Below the pieces are notes generated by a model. It saw only the letters and a list, made by a program, of their open reading frames with translations, did not search any database and had not been told where the DNA came from. Positions 29,461 to 38,508 of a stretch of 64,000 nt of DNA are shown here, in pieces. This DNA comes from a virus. Taxonomy: Duplodnaviria; Heunggongvirae; Uroviricota; Caudoviricetes. The position numbers and the translations under genes were made by a program. The stretch spans positions 25,652 to 89,651 of the IMG/VR virus record IMGVR_UViG_3300048090_000069; one strand, written 5' to 3'. Position 1 is the stretch's first letter, and each line of letters begins with the position of its first letter.

Positions 29461-30478
29461 AGTAATATTTCACCATCCTTTCCACTAACACAGGATTGAG
29501 CGTTACAATATCTTTCTTAAGACGTTCCTCAGTTTTCTCCTGCTTGACGTAAGACATAAATGCACCAAGCTCTTTACCTTGTAAGCCTGTCCAGCCTGCT
29601 ACAAGCTCACCATTATAACGCCTTTTGAACTCCTGATGATAAGCTAAGTCTGCTTGAGCCTGTTCGTATTGTTCTTTGAATGTTGGAATCTTTTCAAACA
29701 AATAAGGCAACCAACCAGATTTATCAGTACCACCGCGATATTTTTGTGCATTTTGTGTGTTTGTCTCTTCATAGTGTTCAATCCACTCCAAGAAACTTGT
29801 GTACGTCTTCCTCTTGGCATCCCTTGTTCTAGCAGCATGATTACGATTCTCCAGAGCATAAATACTTTTGTTGAAGAACGAACTTGAAACGACAAACTTG
29901 AAAATATCTTCCAGTGCATCGAAGCCTTGTTGATAGCGGCTAAAGTCGTAGCCAAGCACAGGAAGAATCTGCTCCCAATCTTTCAACAGAGTGATTTCAC
30001 GGAACACTTGTGTCTTGTCTGCATAGAATTTGTATGTCAGGCCGTCATGCCCTAACTTGAGTCCCATGGAGTGAGCTACACGACCAATGAGGTTGCCCAA
30101 GTCATTGTAGGCAAAATACTGCTGAGAACTCACATAATCCGCTGGCCTAGTTAAAATTAGATCAATTTGAAATTGTTTGTATTCAAAAGAAACAACGTTA
30201 CCGTTTTTGACAACTTCCTTTGTGTTGAACAATCGGATTAGTTTGTCCTCAATGTTGCAAGGGTCATATTTATCAGTGCAAGCCAGAACATCCATGTCAC
30301 CAAATGACTCTTTCAAGGTATATGCTTTGATAGTGGATACAGAATCAAAAGGAAAATTGTTTGAGATGATATCAAGCACTTCCTGCTCAAGCTGATGGTA
30401 TTCTTCTGCCTGATATCGTCGTGTTGTGCAATTCTTGAGTGCTGCGCCTCCCATTACTATCCCCCAATATCTCTGCAC
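29429..30478 (-). CDS. putative Pol-beta-superfamily nucleotidyltransferase-like protein
   Basis: Possible hG[GS]...DhDh element (ESFGDMDVL) with a downstream acidic strand (QIDLIL). No ligase KxDG motif. Function unassigned. Confidence 0.3.
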   Translation of the reverse strand: MQRYWGIVMGGAALKNCTTRRYQAEEYHQLEQEVLDIISNNFPFDSVSTIKAYTLKESFGDMDVLACTDKYDPCNIEDKLIRLFNTKEVVKNGNVVSFEYKQFQIDLILTRPADYVSSQQYFAYNDLGNLIGRVAHSMGLKLGHDGLTYKFYADKTQVFREITLLKDWEQILPVLGYDFSRYQQGFDALEDIFKFVVSSSFFNKSIYALENRNHAARTRDAKRKTYTSFLEWIEHYEETNTQNAQKYRGGTDKSGWLPYLFEKIPTFKEQYEQAQADLAYHQEFKRRYNGELVAGWTGLQGKELGAFMSYVKQEKTEERLKKDIVTLNPVLVERMVKYYFEKWKETTGI

Positions 30479-30628
30479 ATCTCTTGTTCAAACACAAAGC
30501 ACAATTCCCTGTACATCTGCTCACTCACAGGGTTAGCACTTAGACACATAGTTTCATGAATCCTCAAATAATCCTCATATCGGAAGTTCCTCGCCCAAGC
30601 TTCCGCTTCTGGAGTGCTCCAAATTGAT

Positions 30629-31030
30629 TTAATCATTAATTATAACCCTTCCACTCGACAGTGTAATTTCTTTCTCTTCGTTTGGCAAATACTCTTTCCA
30701 TGTCTTGCTCCATCTGCCACGGAAGCTTAACACCCATGTTTTCTCCGCTACACCAAACACTTTGTGCATACGCTCACGAGTGGTGTAGACAGGCTTCAAA
30801 GAAGGTTTAAAAGTTGTTACATCATAATTCATATCATCTTTGACTACTTCTACCAAACCACCACTCAACACCCATGACACAGCATTAAACGCATGATTGT
30901 GAAAAGCTTCTCTGCTCCCCTTATCAAATCGCAGCAACACAATAGAGAACAGAGATTTAGCCTCAAAGAGCCAATATCCTGTGACGTTAGACTCAGAGCC
31001 ACCGTCTTTACTCTTGAAGAATATTTTCAT
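30629..31030 (-). CDS. hypothetical protein (possible cupin-like)
   Basis: 133 aa with an HNHAF..G motif. Weak call. Confidence 0.4.
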   Translation of the reverse strand: MKIFFKSKDGGSESNVTGYWLFEAKSLFSIVLLRFDKGSREAFHNHAFNAVSWVLSGGLVEVVKDDMNYDVTTFKPSLKPVYTTRERMHKVFGVAEKTWVLSFRGRWSKTWKEYLPNEEKEITLSSGRVIIND

Positions 31031-31421
31031 CGTTCAACTCCCGAATATCTTCCTCAGTAATGGTGTATTCTTTGATATCTTTCACACTGTAGAATGTAGG
31101 TTTGCAATATTTTTCAAACCAACTCTTGAGAAAATCATCCAACTCATTACGTTCTTCTTTAGAAACATCTGGGAAATCTTCTGCCCATTCCCCCGCAAAG
31201 TCCCAAGCACGCTCACCGAGCATTTCAATGATGTCTCCTGAATCAACAAGCTTTGTTACGTCAAGAGCTACAGCAGTGCCATAATACAGCGTATCACCTA
31301 CTTGTGCAGGAATATATTCACCATTAATGTATGAAAATTGTGCTTCCAGAGCCTCATACATTGTATCGTGATTGTAAGATTCTCCGTCTGTTGACCAGAC
31401 AATATCACCATCTCTACTCAT
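31008..31421 (-). CDS. hypothetical acidic protein
   Basis: 137-aa ORF. Confidence 0.45.
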   Translation of the reverse strand: MSRDGDIVWSTDGESYNHDTMYEALEAQFSYINGEYIPAQVGDTLYYGTAVALDVTKLVDSGDIIEMLGERAWDFAGEWAEDFPDVSKEERNELDDFLKSWFEKYCKPTFYSVKDIKEYTITEEDIRELNDENILQE

Positions 31422-31678
31422 CAGAAACTCACATCGGAATTTTGCAATTCCTTCAGAATAATCTTCAGAGCTTTCTGATTACGCACGGCTGTCCGCAGAG
31501 CTTCCCGTTCTTTTTCTTTCAGATTGTGATAGATATACTCCGCTTCCAGAGCACCACATTCATCTGCTTCCTTTTTAATTCGTTTAAATTCTGCCACAAT
31601 TTCATGTCGAACACTGATGACCTGTCGGCCTTGGTCAATCATCGATTGTACAGCACTAATAATTTGTTGTTTGTTCAT
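31421..31678 (-). CDS. hypothetical protein
   Basis: 85-aa ORF, coupled to its neighbour. Confidence 0.4.
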   Translation of the reverse strand: MNKQQIISAVQSMIDQGRQVISVRHEIVAEFKRIKKEADECGALEAEYIYHNLKEKEREALRTAVRNQKALKIILKELQNSDVSF

Positions 31679-31879
31679 TTAATCTCCCATTTCCAAATAG
31701 TTTCTCTTCAACACCATAATAATTTCAATGTGAAATATCTCTTGCATTATTCCACCGTAAAACTTATCCAATTCCAAACACTCTTCCTCGCCTAAATACA
31801 CTTTGCTCGGCCATGTTCTGTAAGGCTTTTCTAAATATTGCACAAGAGATGTTTCAATTTTATCTCTAATTGTTACCAC
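31679..31879 (-). CDS. hypothetical protein
   Basis: 66-aa ORF. Confidence 0.35.
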   Translation of the reverse strand: MVTIRDKIETSLVQYLEKPYRTWPSKVYLGEEECLELDKFYGGIMQEIFHIEIIMVLKRNYLEMGD

Positions 31880-32071
31880 TTAAATATCCCTCACCTTGTC
31901 CTGCAACACAATTTGAATACACATCAAATCATCTTGTTTCTCTTTCGGCACATTGGGCTTAAACTCCTCTACAGCAGCCATACACTCTTTCTTTGTTGTG
32001 AATTGATCGAGGAAGGCTACAACAGGATAAGGGTTTGTTTGAAGAAATGCCACAAGAATATATGCATACAT
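31880..32071 (-). CDS. hypothetical protein
   Basis: 63-aa ORF. Confidence 0.35.
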   Translation of the reverse strand: MYAYILVAFLQTNPYPVVAFLDQFTTKKECMAAVEEFKPNVPKEKQDDLMCIQIVLQDKVRDI

Positions 32072-32080
32072 TTTACACTC

Positions 32081-32368
32081 CTAAGGAAAATAACCCAAGA
32101 TGACAGCAACACAAAGGGCAACAGTGGCGAGAATCCCCACAGAGTATTTTACAGCTTTCACATTGTCTCCTTCAGAACAGTCAAAGATGTCAGCAATAAA
32201 TGCCACTCCAGCCAATATGATGAACATACAACAAATAACACTAAAGCCTGTCATAGCAGCAAACTCCCTATAGAAAGTAAGATTATAACACAGAAGGTTG
32301 AAAAGTACAAGGTGGAAGGCTCTCGCCAACCCTCTAGACGGGACAGATGGTAGGTGCCAAGGCCACAT
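32081..32368 (-). CDS. small membrane protein (likely shorter, starting at internal Met); a 59-aa lipobox-containing ORF (approx 32264..32443, other frame) overlaps
   Basis: Hydrophobic C-terminal half. The alternative frame encodes MTLRETRMYALIFLLCLILVACG..., a lipoprotein-like signal. Confidence 0.3.
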   Translation of the reverse strand: MWPWHLPSVPSRGLARAFHLVLFNLLCYNLTFYREFAAMTGFSVICCMFIILAGVAFIADIFDCSEGDNVKAVKYSVGILATVALCVAVILGYFP

Positions 32369-32451
32369 GCCACTAGGATGAGACAGAGTAGGAAGATTAG
32401 TGCGTACATTCTTGTTTCTCTCAATGTCATAAGGGGCTTCGGCCCCTGTTG

Positions 32452-33255
32452 TTATTTCGTGTTGACAATGCCCCGGAAGTCGGATGGAATCACAATCGTA
32501 TTCACCTTACCATTACGAACACCTTCAGCAATCATCAGTTGTGCCTGAGCCTGCATATACGAAATAGATTGACCTGCATTGTTTGCCAGAGAAGCCATAC
32601 GTTCAGACTCTTTCTTAGCAGTTTGCACTTCCACTTCCTTTGCTGCCAGTTCGCTCTTAGCCTTAATCAGATTGTTAGCTGCATCAATGATAGCAGGATT
32701 TGCCTTAATACTACGAGCTTGCACTTGAGTTACGAGAACAGCGTTATCCAACTTTTCCTCTGCCAGAGTTTGTTTCACTTGTGCAAGAATCTCATGTTCA
32801 ATGTCTGCACGATGGTCATTCATTGTCAGAGCGTCATACTGACGTGCCACTTTGTAAACAGCATTCTTAACAGTGTTTTGCAGGTAAGTGTGCATAAGAT
32901 GGATTTCACCTTGATCATCAAGAGCGTGGAAGCTGCGATTCTTGTTAATGTACAAATCACTTACAGAGCTTGGGTTAATGCTGTAGACAACAGATACATC
33001 GAAGTCGCCCATTGTAGAATTATCCTTTGCCAGAGGCGTAAGGTCAGACACATCTACAGAGATTTCCTTGATAGGAACTTCCAGCACAGAACCTACGAGA
33101 GTTTGATTGAACGAACCAGCCACCAATTCTGTACTGTCAATGGTGTTGTTAAAATTCTTACGCAGACCAACCTTACCTTGATCAACAACTTTGAAACAAC
33201 CCGACAGAGAGCTTGCCATAATAATAGCAGCTACAACAGACATAAACTTTTTCAT
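32452..33255 (-). CDS. SPFH/band-7 (prohibitin/HflC-like) domain lipoprotein
   Basis: Signal peptide with lipobox (SLSGC). The body is an SPFH-like domain followed by a long Ala/Gln-rich coiled-coil tail. Confidence 0.6.
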   Translation of the reverse strand: MKKFMSVVAAIIMASSLSGCFKVVDQGKVGLRKNFNNTIDSTELVAGSFNQTLVGSVLEVPIKEISVDVSDLTPLAKDNSTMGDFDVSVVYSINPSSVSDLYINKNRSFHALDDQGEIHLMHTYLQNTVKNAVYKVARQYDALTMNDHRADIEHEILAQVKQTLAEEKLDNAVLVTQVQARSIKANPAIIDAANNLIKAKSELAAKEVEVQTAKKESERMASLANNAGQSISYMQAQAQLMIAEGVRNGKVNTIVIPSDFRGIVNTK

Positions 33256-33280
33256 AAATATTCCTCCTAGAATAAATTAA

Positions 33281-33499
33281 TTAACCAAAAATACTAATAG
33301 CAATGACCGTAATACCACAGCCAGTGATAAGACCTGTGACAGCACTAGTGAAAATATTATTAGGCTGCTTTACCAAAGGGCCAAAATATACGCCAATTCC
33401 AACCATCAAAACACCTAACAGGCACAGTAACATTTTTACTTCTCCTAGAAAACAATCACAAGGGCTGTGATGACCATAATAGATATGATACCACAACAA
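33281..33499 (-). CDS. small membrane protein (2 TM)
   Basis: 72 aa, hydrophobic. Confidence 0.45.
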   Translation of the reverse strand: MLWYHIYYGHHSPCDCFLGEVKMLLCLLGVLMVGIGVYFGPLVKQPNNIFTSAVTGLITGCGITVIAISIFG

Positions 33500-33627
33500 A
33501 CAATCTTAAGCAACAGAGAAATTGTACCTCCTGCTTCTTTGTACAAACGAACACCGGAAGGGATGCCCATGATGATAAGCAACAAGAGTAAGAATGTCAA
33601 GATGATTTTGATGATCATAAACGGCCT

Positions 33628-34281
33628 TTAGGACGTAACCTTAAACACACTGTTGATTTGTTCAGCAATCAGCGTAGCGAGGATAACGTGTTCCTTCTGA
33701 GTCACACCTTCTTCCATGCGTACTTCCAGATAATGAATCCAAGAGCGAATTGTACCATTCACGTATAGACGACTCATAGTAAGTCCTTCAGGAAGAATTA
33801 CACGAGCAACCTCTTTAGCAACACCTCGATTCAGAGCACGAGTGTACGTGTCTTTGACAATATGCAGAAGCATTGCTTGTTCACTCTTCCACCAATCAGC
33901 AAGCAATTCATCATCAGCTTCTAGGCTGTTCTGGCGGTTCTTGTTGTCCTGCATACGAAGCTCACGAAGACAGAAAGCTTGTTCAAGTTGTGTCACATCA
34001 GCATAACGCTGAGAGAACTCTTGGAATCTGAAGCTAGTGTGTCGCAGAAGTTGGCGAGCAATATCTCGTGGGGATTCCACTTCCACAACAACATTAGCCA
34101 TCTCAAACGGACTCCAATGTTTGTGCTTCATCAGATAGGCAGTAAGCTTTTCTGCTGTATCCATATTCATCTGATTAGAGGGATTACTCACACGCGCACA
34201 ATATGCAATCAGGTCGTGCATATCCTCTAGGCCCTCTACAACAGGCTTCGTCACAGCAATTAGTTTTGCACTAAACGTCAT
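33628..34281 (-). CDS. thyX: flavin-dependent thymidylate synthase
   Basis: The ThyX signature RHTSFRFQEFSQRY matches the RHR...SQRY motif. Confidence 0.75.
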   Translation of the reverse strand: MTFSAKLIAVTKPVVEGLEDMHDLIAYCARVSNPSNQMNMDTAEKLTAYLMKHKHWSPFEMANVVVEVESPRDIARQLLRHTSFRFQEFSQRYADVTQLEQAFCLRELRMQDNKNRQNSLEADDELLADWWKSEQAMLLHIVKDTYTRALNRGVAKEVARVILPEGLTMSRLYVNGTIRSWIHYLEVRMEEGVTQKEHVILATLIAEQINSVFKVTS

Positions 34282-34580
34282 TAATAATCCTCTCCAAATT
34301 TACTTTGTGTGGCTTCACAACCTTCTCCATATCCAGCTTCATAACCCTCTTCCCGGCCTTCACGGAATCCGTTGTAATGACCGTCATCAAAGCCATTGTC
34401 ATAACCCTCTTCACGAGCACTACTGATGTCTGCTGCAATATCACTCTGCCCATCATCATAACCTGCCTCATAGCCGATATTCCAAGCAGGATTGTTCTTG
34501 CCTTCTAACCACTCTTCAAAATCTCTCTCTGTCATCTCAGACAGCTTCTGTCGCAATGCTTGTGTCTCTGTTAGATTCAT
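34281..34580 (-). CDS. hypothetical acidic G/Y/E-repeat protein
   Basis: 99 aa with (E/D)GY(D/E) repeats. Confidence 0.4.
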   Translation of the reverse strand: MNLTETQALRQKLSEMTERDFEEWLEGKNNPAWNIGYEAGYDDGQSDIAADISSAREEGYDNGFDDGHYNGFREGREEGYEAGYGEGCEATQSKFGEDY

Positions 34581-34619
34581 TAATATACCTTTCGTAATTT
34601 ATGGAGAAAGGAGTGACCG

Positions 34620-34940
34620 CTAGGGCACTATCTCCGTTTCGATTTCTTCGTAAGTTTCTTTGTACAGCACTCGAAATTCTTTGTCAGGATAAAATTCTTT
34701 ATAGTATGATTGCATACCCTTGTCACAACAAGCACCAATACCCTCAATGAATTGTGTTTCACCATTCATTAGTTGATAAGCTGCCACCTTGAACAATCCA
34801 TCAATCTTCTCTTCCAGAGTGTCACCATCAAGCTCCCAGAAGCCGGATTCAAAGCTGTCTACGAATTCTTGGTTGAGAATGCTGTCATCAATTTCAATGT
34901 CATATTCTACAGTTTTTACTACTTCTACAGATCGTTTCAT
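34620..34940 (-). CDS. hypothetical protein
   Basis: 106-aa ORF. Confidence 0.45.
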   Translation of the reverse strand: MKRSVEVVKTVEYDIEIDDSILNQEFVDSFESGFWELDGDTLEEKIDGLFKVAAYQLMNGETQFIEGIGACCDKGMQSYYKEFYPDKEFRVLYKETYEEIETEIVP

Positions 34941-35241
34941 TCTTCCTCCTCACCATAAAAATCAAATCCCTCTGCCACTTCCTGTTCATAAGCAGCAACA
35001 AGGAATGGGAAAATGTTCTGTTTAGCTTCTTCAGGAGACTCTGCATAGACACATACAGTGACATCTACGTCATACATTTTCTCACTCATCCTCAAGCTCC
35101 TCTACATTCCAGTGATGAGGGTCTTCTGCCAAATAGTGATGTTTAAGAAAATCTACAATAACATCTGCTGCAACGTAGGCTTCGTCAAAGTTATCTACTT
35201 CTACTATTGTAGATATACTAATAGCATATTTCGTCATTGTA

Positions 35242-35610
35242 TCACCAATCGTATTCAAAAGAATAAAGATTACGTTTTAGAATATCCTCTTTGAATGCTG
35301 TTACATCCACTGCGGAGAAATCAAAGTCGTAATCTTCTTGATTTTCCAGAACACATAAAATATCCCCAACATCCACTGTTTGATGACGTTCAGCCCACAC
35401 AGGCCCACCATATCCAATAAAGTCATCATCTGGAAGCCCTGCAAAACGTTCAATCCAACGAGAGTGATTGCGAAGGTCTTTAGGTGCCTTCATAAACACT
35501 TCCCAACGTTCATCCAAGCTGATAGTAGTGTCAGCAATGTATTGTTCAAATTCTTTCTTGATTTCTTCGATTTGAACACGAAGAGTGTCTACACGTTCTT
35601 TGAAATTCAT
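35242..35610 (-). CDS. hypothetical protein
   Basis: 122-aa ORF. Confidence 0.45.
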   Translation of the reverse strand: MNFKERVDTLRVQIEEIKKEFEQYIADTTISLDERWEVFMKAPKDLRNHSRWIERFAGLPDDDFIGYGGPVWAERHQTVDVGDILCVLENQEDYDFDFSAVDVTAFKEDILKRNLYSFEYDW

Positions 35611-35785
35611 TGTTCCTCCTAGTTATATTCCTGCACCACTGCTGGCATTTCATCAACAAGAGCATCAAACAATTCTTTGTTGTCTGTTTGAATTGCTACA
35701 AGATTGCAGATATTTTCTTTTAACACCTCTGCATCAGCAGGGGATTCTGCTTCCACAATCCATCTTACATCAATTGAATATTGCA

Positions 35786-36088
35786 TTAGTTCCTCACACT
35801 CTGAATAGCACTCTCGGAAGCATCTTCAACAATCTCATCTCGCCATTGTTTTAGCAGAGCCAGTAATTGACTCTCCAGAGTAGGTGTAGGATTATTCTCA
35901 GGCTCTTTAACTTTCACCAGATGAAGCTTCTCAGCAACGTCTTTGTGCAGAAGTTTGTTCAGAACATTTGTCTGATAGTAACTACCCTTGCCACTTGGGC
36001 GAGAAGTGATAGAGATTTCAAAGTAATCTTCTTCATTCGTGCCAGATTTACCGCTCACATCACATACGTAGGTTTTAATTAGTGCCAT
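35786..36088 (-). CDS. hypothetical protein
   Basis: 100-aa ORF with ATGA-type coupling to its neighbour. Confidence 0.45.
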   Translation of the reverse strand: MALIKTYVCDVSGKSGTNEEDYFEISITSRPSGKGSYYQTNVLNKLLHKDVAEKLHLVKVKEPENNPTPTLESQLLALLKQWRDEIVEDASESAIQSVRN

Positions 36089-37002
36089 TATGCTGCTTCC
36101 TTTTGTTTAGTTTGTTGAACAATACCATTTTTGATTGCTTCATCTACTTTGTCCATATAACCTTTACCTTCTTTCTCATACAGTTCCATCACAGCATAAG
36201 CGTTCTCCCATGCAAACTCCCGGAAATATCCACCGCAGATTGATGAACTCACTTTTCCCAGAGCAAACTTAAAGCTCCAATCAGGATCAGGACGAGGATT
36301 GAAACATAGCTGCGAGCGTTCAGCGGCCAAAGTTAGGCATTCTTCTAGCACACCATACAACTGAACCTCACGAGAACACTGTTTGAATTTGGACATGTCT
36401 GACCAAACTTCACCTCCAGCATAAGACAGATAAGCAGGTTGATCCATAAACTTCACTGCTTGGTGAATATCGTCATGTTCCCACTCGTAATTAATACCAT
36501 CACCAGCAAAGAATTCACCCTTCTTCACATTCAGTTTTGGCGTTTTATGTATGTAGGTATCTTTCTCACGATCAGCAAGAAACTCTTTGTGCTCCTCACG
36601 AATCTTTGCACCAGCTTTACGCAAAGCAAAGATATCATCCATTGTTTTAAAATGGTGTGGCGAATCTTTTAGATATCTATGAGACATCTTCAGCAGCAAC
36701 AGGACATCCAAAGAAGGAACAATCATCCCCTGTCCCACCCTGCCATTGTCAGATTGACCCTCAACAAACTTAATCAGCTTTTCTGCACGAGAGCCTTCCC
36801 ACGCTATTTCGGCTTCATGGATAACACCCTCACTGTCACGCATGAAGATTGTCTTACCTTCATTGATTGGATAGAACACTTTGATATTATTCCTCTTACG
36901 ATAGGCTTCAATTTCATCGTAAGTGCCTACAAGGTCTACATCAAGTGGCTCTCGCCAATCAGGGAGCCAATATTGAATAGCACGAGAGCCAATGAGTAGC
37001 AT
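36088..37002 (-). CDS. minimal Pol-beta-type nucleotidyltransferase (MNT-like) domain protein
   Basis: N-terminus MLLIGSRAIQYWLPDWREPLDVDLVG fits hG[GS]-x(9-14)-DhDh. A 300-aa C-terminal region is unassigned. Confidence 0.45.
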   Translation of the reverse strand: MLLIGSRAIQYWLPDWREPLDVDLVGTYDEIEAYRKRNNIKVFYPINEGKTIFMRDSEGVIHEAEIAWEGSRAEKLIKFVEGQSDNGRVGQGMIVPSLDVLLLLKMSHRYLKDSPHHFKTMDDIFALRKAGAKIREEHKEFLADREKDTYIHKTPKLNVKKGEFFAGDGINYEWEHDDIHQAVKFMDQPAYLSYAGGEVWSDMSKFKQCSREVQLYGVLEECLTLAAERSQLCFNPRPDPDWSFKFALGKVSSSICGGYFREFAWENAYAVMELYEKEGKGYMDKVDEAIKNGIVQQTKQKEAA

Positions 37003-37015
37003 TATTTTCCTTTAA

Positions 37016-37279
37016 TTAACAATCGTAAGAAGAACTGTTCCAATCGGGATGCATAGAGTCAATTGAAGCAATTTCACTCTCAAACACACCGTAAGAGCCA
37101 CCAATCTTAACTTCAGCACCAGACAGTTTAACAACCTCTTTAATCTCTTTCAGAATCATTTTGATTGCTGCCACCTTTTCAGCTACAAGTTTAGTGCCAA
37201 CTTGTTTCGTCATAGGCACTTGACCAGAAGCTTTCAGCAGTTCTTCGTATTTTTCACGAGAAATAGTTACAGTAGTCAT
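37016..37279 (-). CDS. hypothetical protein
   Basis: 87-aa ORF. Confidence 0.4.
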   Translation of the reverse strand: MTTVTISREKYEELLKASGQVPMTKQVGTKLVAEKVAAIKMILKEIKEVVKLSGAEVKIGGSYGVFESEIASIDSMHPDWNSSSYDC

Positions 37280-37296
37280 TTGTTTATTCCTTTATT

Positions 37297-37479
37297 TTAG
37301 CAAGAAGAATAGTTCCAGTCAATCCAGTCACCCGTCACATCTTCATACAGGTTCTGCATCGCACTGTCAAAATCAAAGTAGACGTTGTTACTATCTGCCA
37401 GTTCTTTAGCAGAATTCAGCAGGTTCTTTGCATCTTCAATTTGTTGTGCAATTAGAGCCAGAATTTCTTGTTGAGTCAT
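37297..37479 (-). CDS. hypothetical protein
   Basis: 60-aa ORF. Confidence 0.3.
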   Translation of the reverse strand: MTQQEILALIAQQIEDAKNLLNSAKELADSNNVYFDFDSAMQNLYEDVTGDWIDWNYSSC

Positions 37480-37506
37480 TTTAGTTTCCTTTAAAATAGT
37501 TTTATA

Positions 37507-37983
37507 TCAGCAACGGCTAGAGTGCCAGTTACGCGATTCAGATTCCATACTATCAATGATACTAAATAGTGCATCTACAGCTTTATTGTCAGGCAGACCT
37601 TCGTAACGCTGTTCCAGTTGGCAATAATAACCATCATTACTCCACTCTTCAGAGAATGGTAGATAATAAGAGACACCAGAAATATCACTAATCAGTTTTG
37701 CTTGTGCCAGATTCTTCTCTGCTACAGCAGCCAGTGCTGTAACTTTTTCAGAAACATCTTCTACACCCTCTGCCTCTTCATCACGTTCATCATCTACTTC
37801 AACCAATTCAAGAATTTCTTTAACAGCACTCTCACCAGCTTCAATAAATTGTGCAATGTATTTATTTGCATCTTTACGAACTTCTTTTTGAATCTGCTTC
37901 AGTTCTTCTAGGGTGCGACCCGCAATGATAATATTTTCCATGTTATCTCCTTTAATTAACAGCTTTGGCTCGACGCAAACCAT
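37507..37983 (-). CDS. hypothetical acidic protein
   Basis: 158-aa ORF. Confidence 0.45.
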   Translation of the reverse strand: MVCVEPKLLIKGDNMENIIIAGRTLEELKQIQKEVRKDANKYIAQFIEAGESAVKEILELVEVDDERDEEAEGVEDVSEKVTALAAVAEKNLAQAKLISDISGVSYYLPFSEEWSNDGYYCQLEQRYEGLPDNKAVDALFSIIDSMESESRNWHSSRC

Positions 37984-38141
37984 TCGCCCTCTGTACCATC
38001 ATAAGTTCCGCCCATACCATACGTAGGTGTAATGTGGAAACTCAGATTGTGTTCCATTGCAAAACATTCTGCTTTGCTCAGTGCTGCTTCAAATTCACTT
38101 ACCAATACTGCCAGTTGTGCGTTCAGTTCTTTCTTGCTCAT
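37956..38141 (-). CDS. hypothetical protein
   Basis: 61-aa ORF. Confidence 0.3.
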   Translation of the reverse strand: MSKKELNAQLAVLVSEFEAALSKAECFAMEHNLSFHITPTYGMGGTYDGTEGEWFASSQSC

Positions 38142-38142
38142 T

Positions 38143-38508
38143 TTACAGTTCCTTATAATGTTTACGAATCACTTTTGCAATTTGTTTGAAAGTCCATTCT
38201 GCATCATCGTTCAAATCAATCAGACTGTCGGCAGTAGGAACTTCTTTAATCAAACCACGAGGGAATTTACCTGAGACAGAATCCATACCTACCCAATCTC
38301 TCACTTCAAATGGAAGTTTAGTTTCTTCTCCCAGATATTCATACATACTCGTTTGTTCAGCAGCGATTTCAGGATGCTCTTGTGCATGAATGTTGCACAG
38401 GACACCAAGGCAGCAGAAGCCAACAGTATTACGAAGTTCACCCCTTGTTTGTTGATATTCACCACTCTCTAAAGCTTTTGCCCATTTACGAGCAATAGAA
38501 CGTTTCAT
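38143..38508 (-). CDS. hypothetical protein
   Basis: 121-aa ORF. Confidence 0.45.
   Translation of the reverse strand: MKRSIARKWAKALESGEYQQTRGELRNTVGFCCLGVLCNIHAQEHPEIAAEQTSMYEYLGEETKLPFEVRDWVGMDSVSGKFPRGLIKEVPTADSLIDLNDDAEWTFKQIAKVIRKHYKEL

Noticed and set aside
29429-30478. Possibility that this protein is a T7 gp1.3-like ATP-dependent DNA ligase, given its size and its position before primase-helicase
   Set aside because: The only K..DG-like element (KLGHDG) has the wrong spacing for ligase motif I (KxDG). No other ligase motifs were seen.
32449-33270. 273-aa plus-strand ORF antisense to the SPFH gene
   Set aside because: Its Cys/His/Leu-rich low-complexity translation contrasts with the convincing SPFH lipoprotein on the minus strand.
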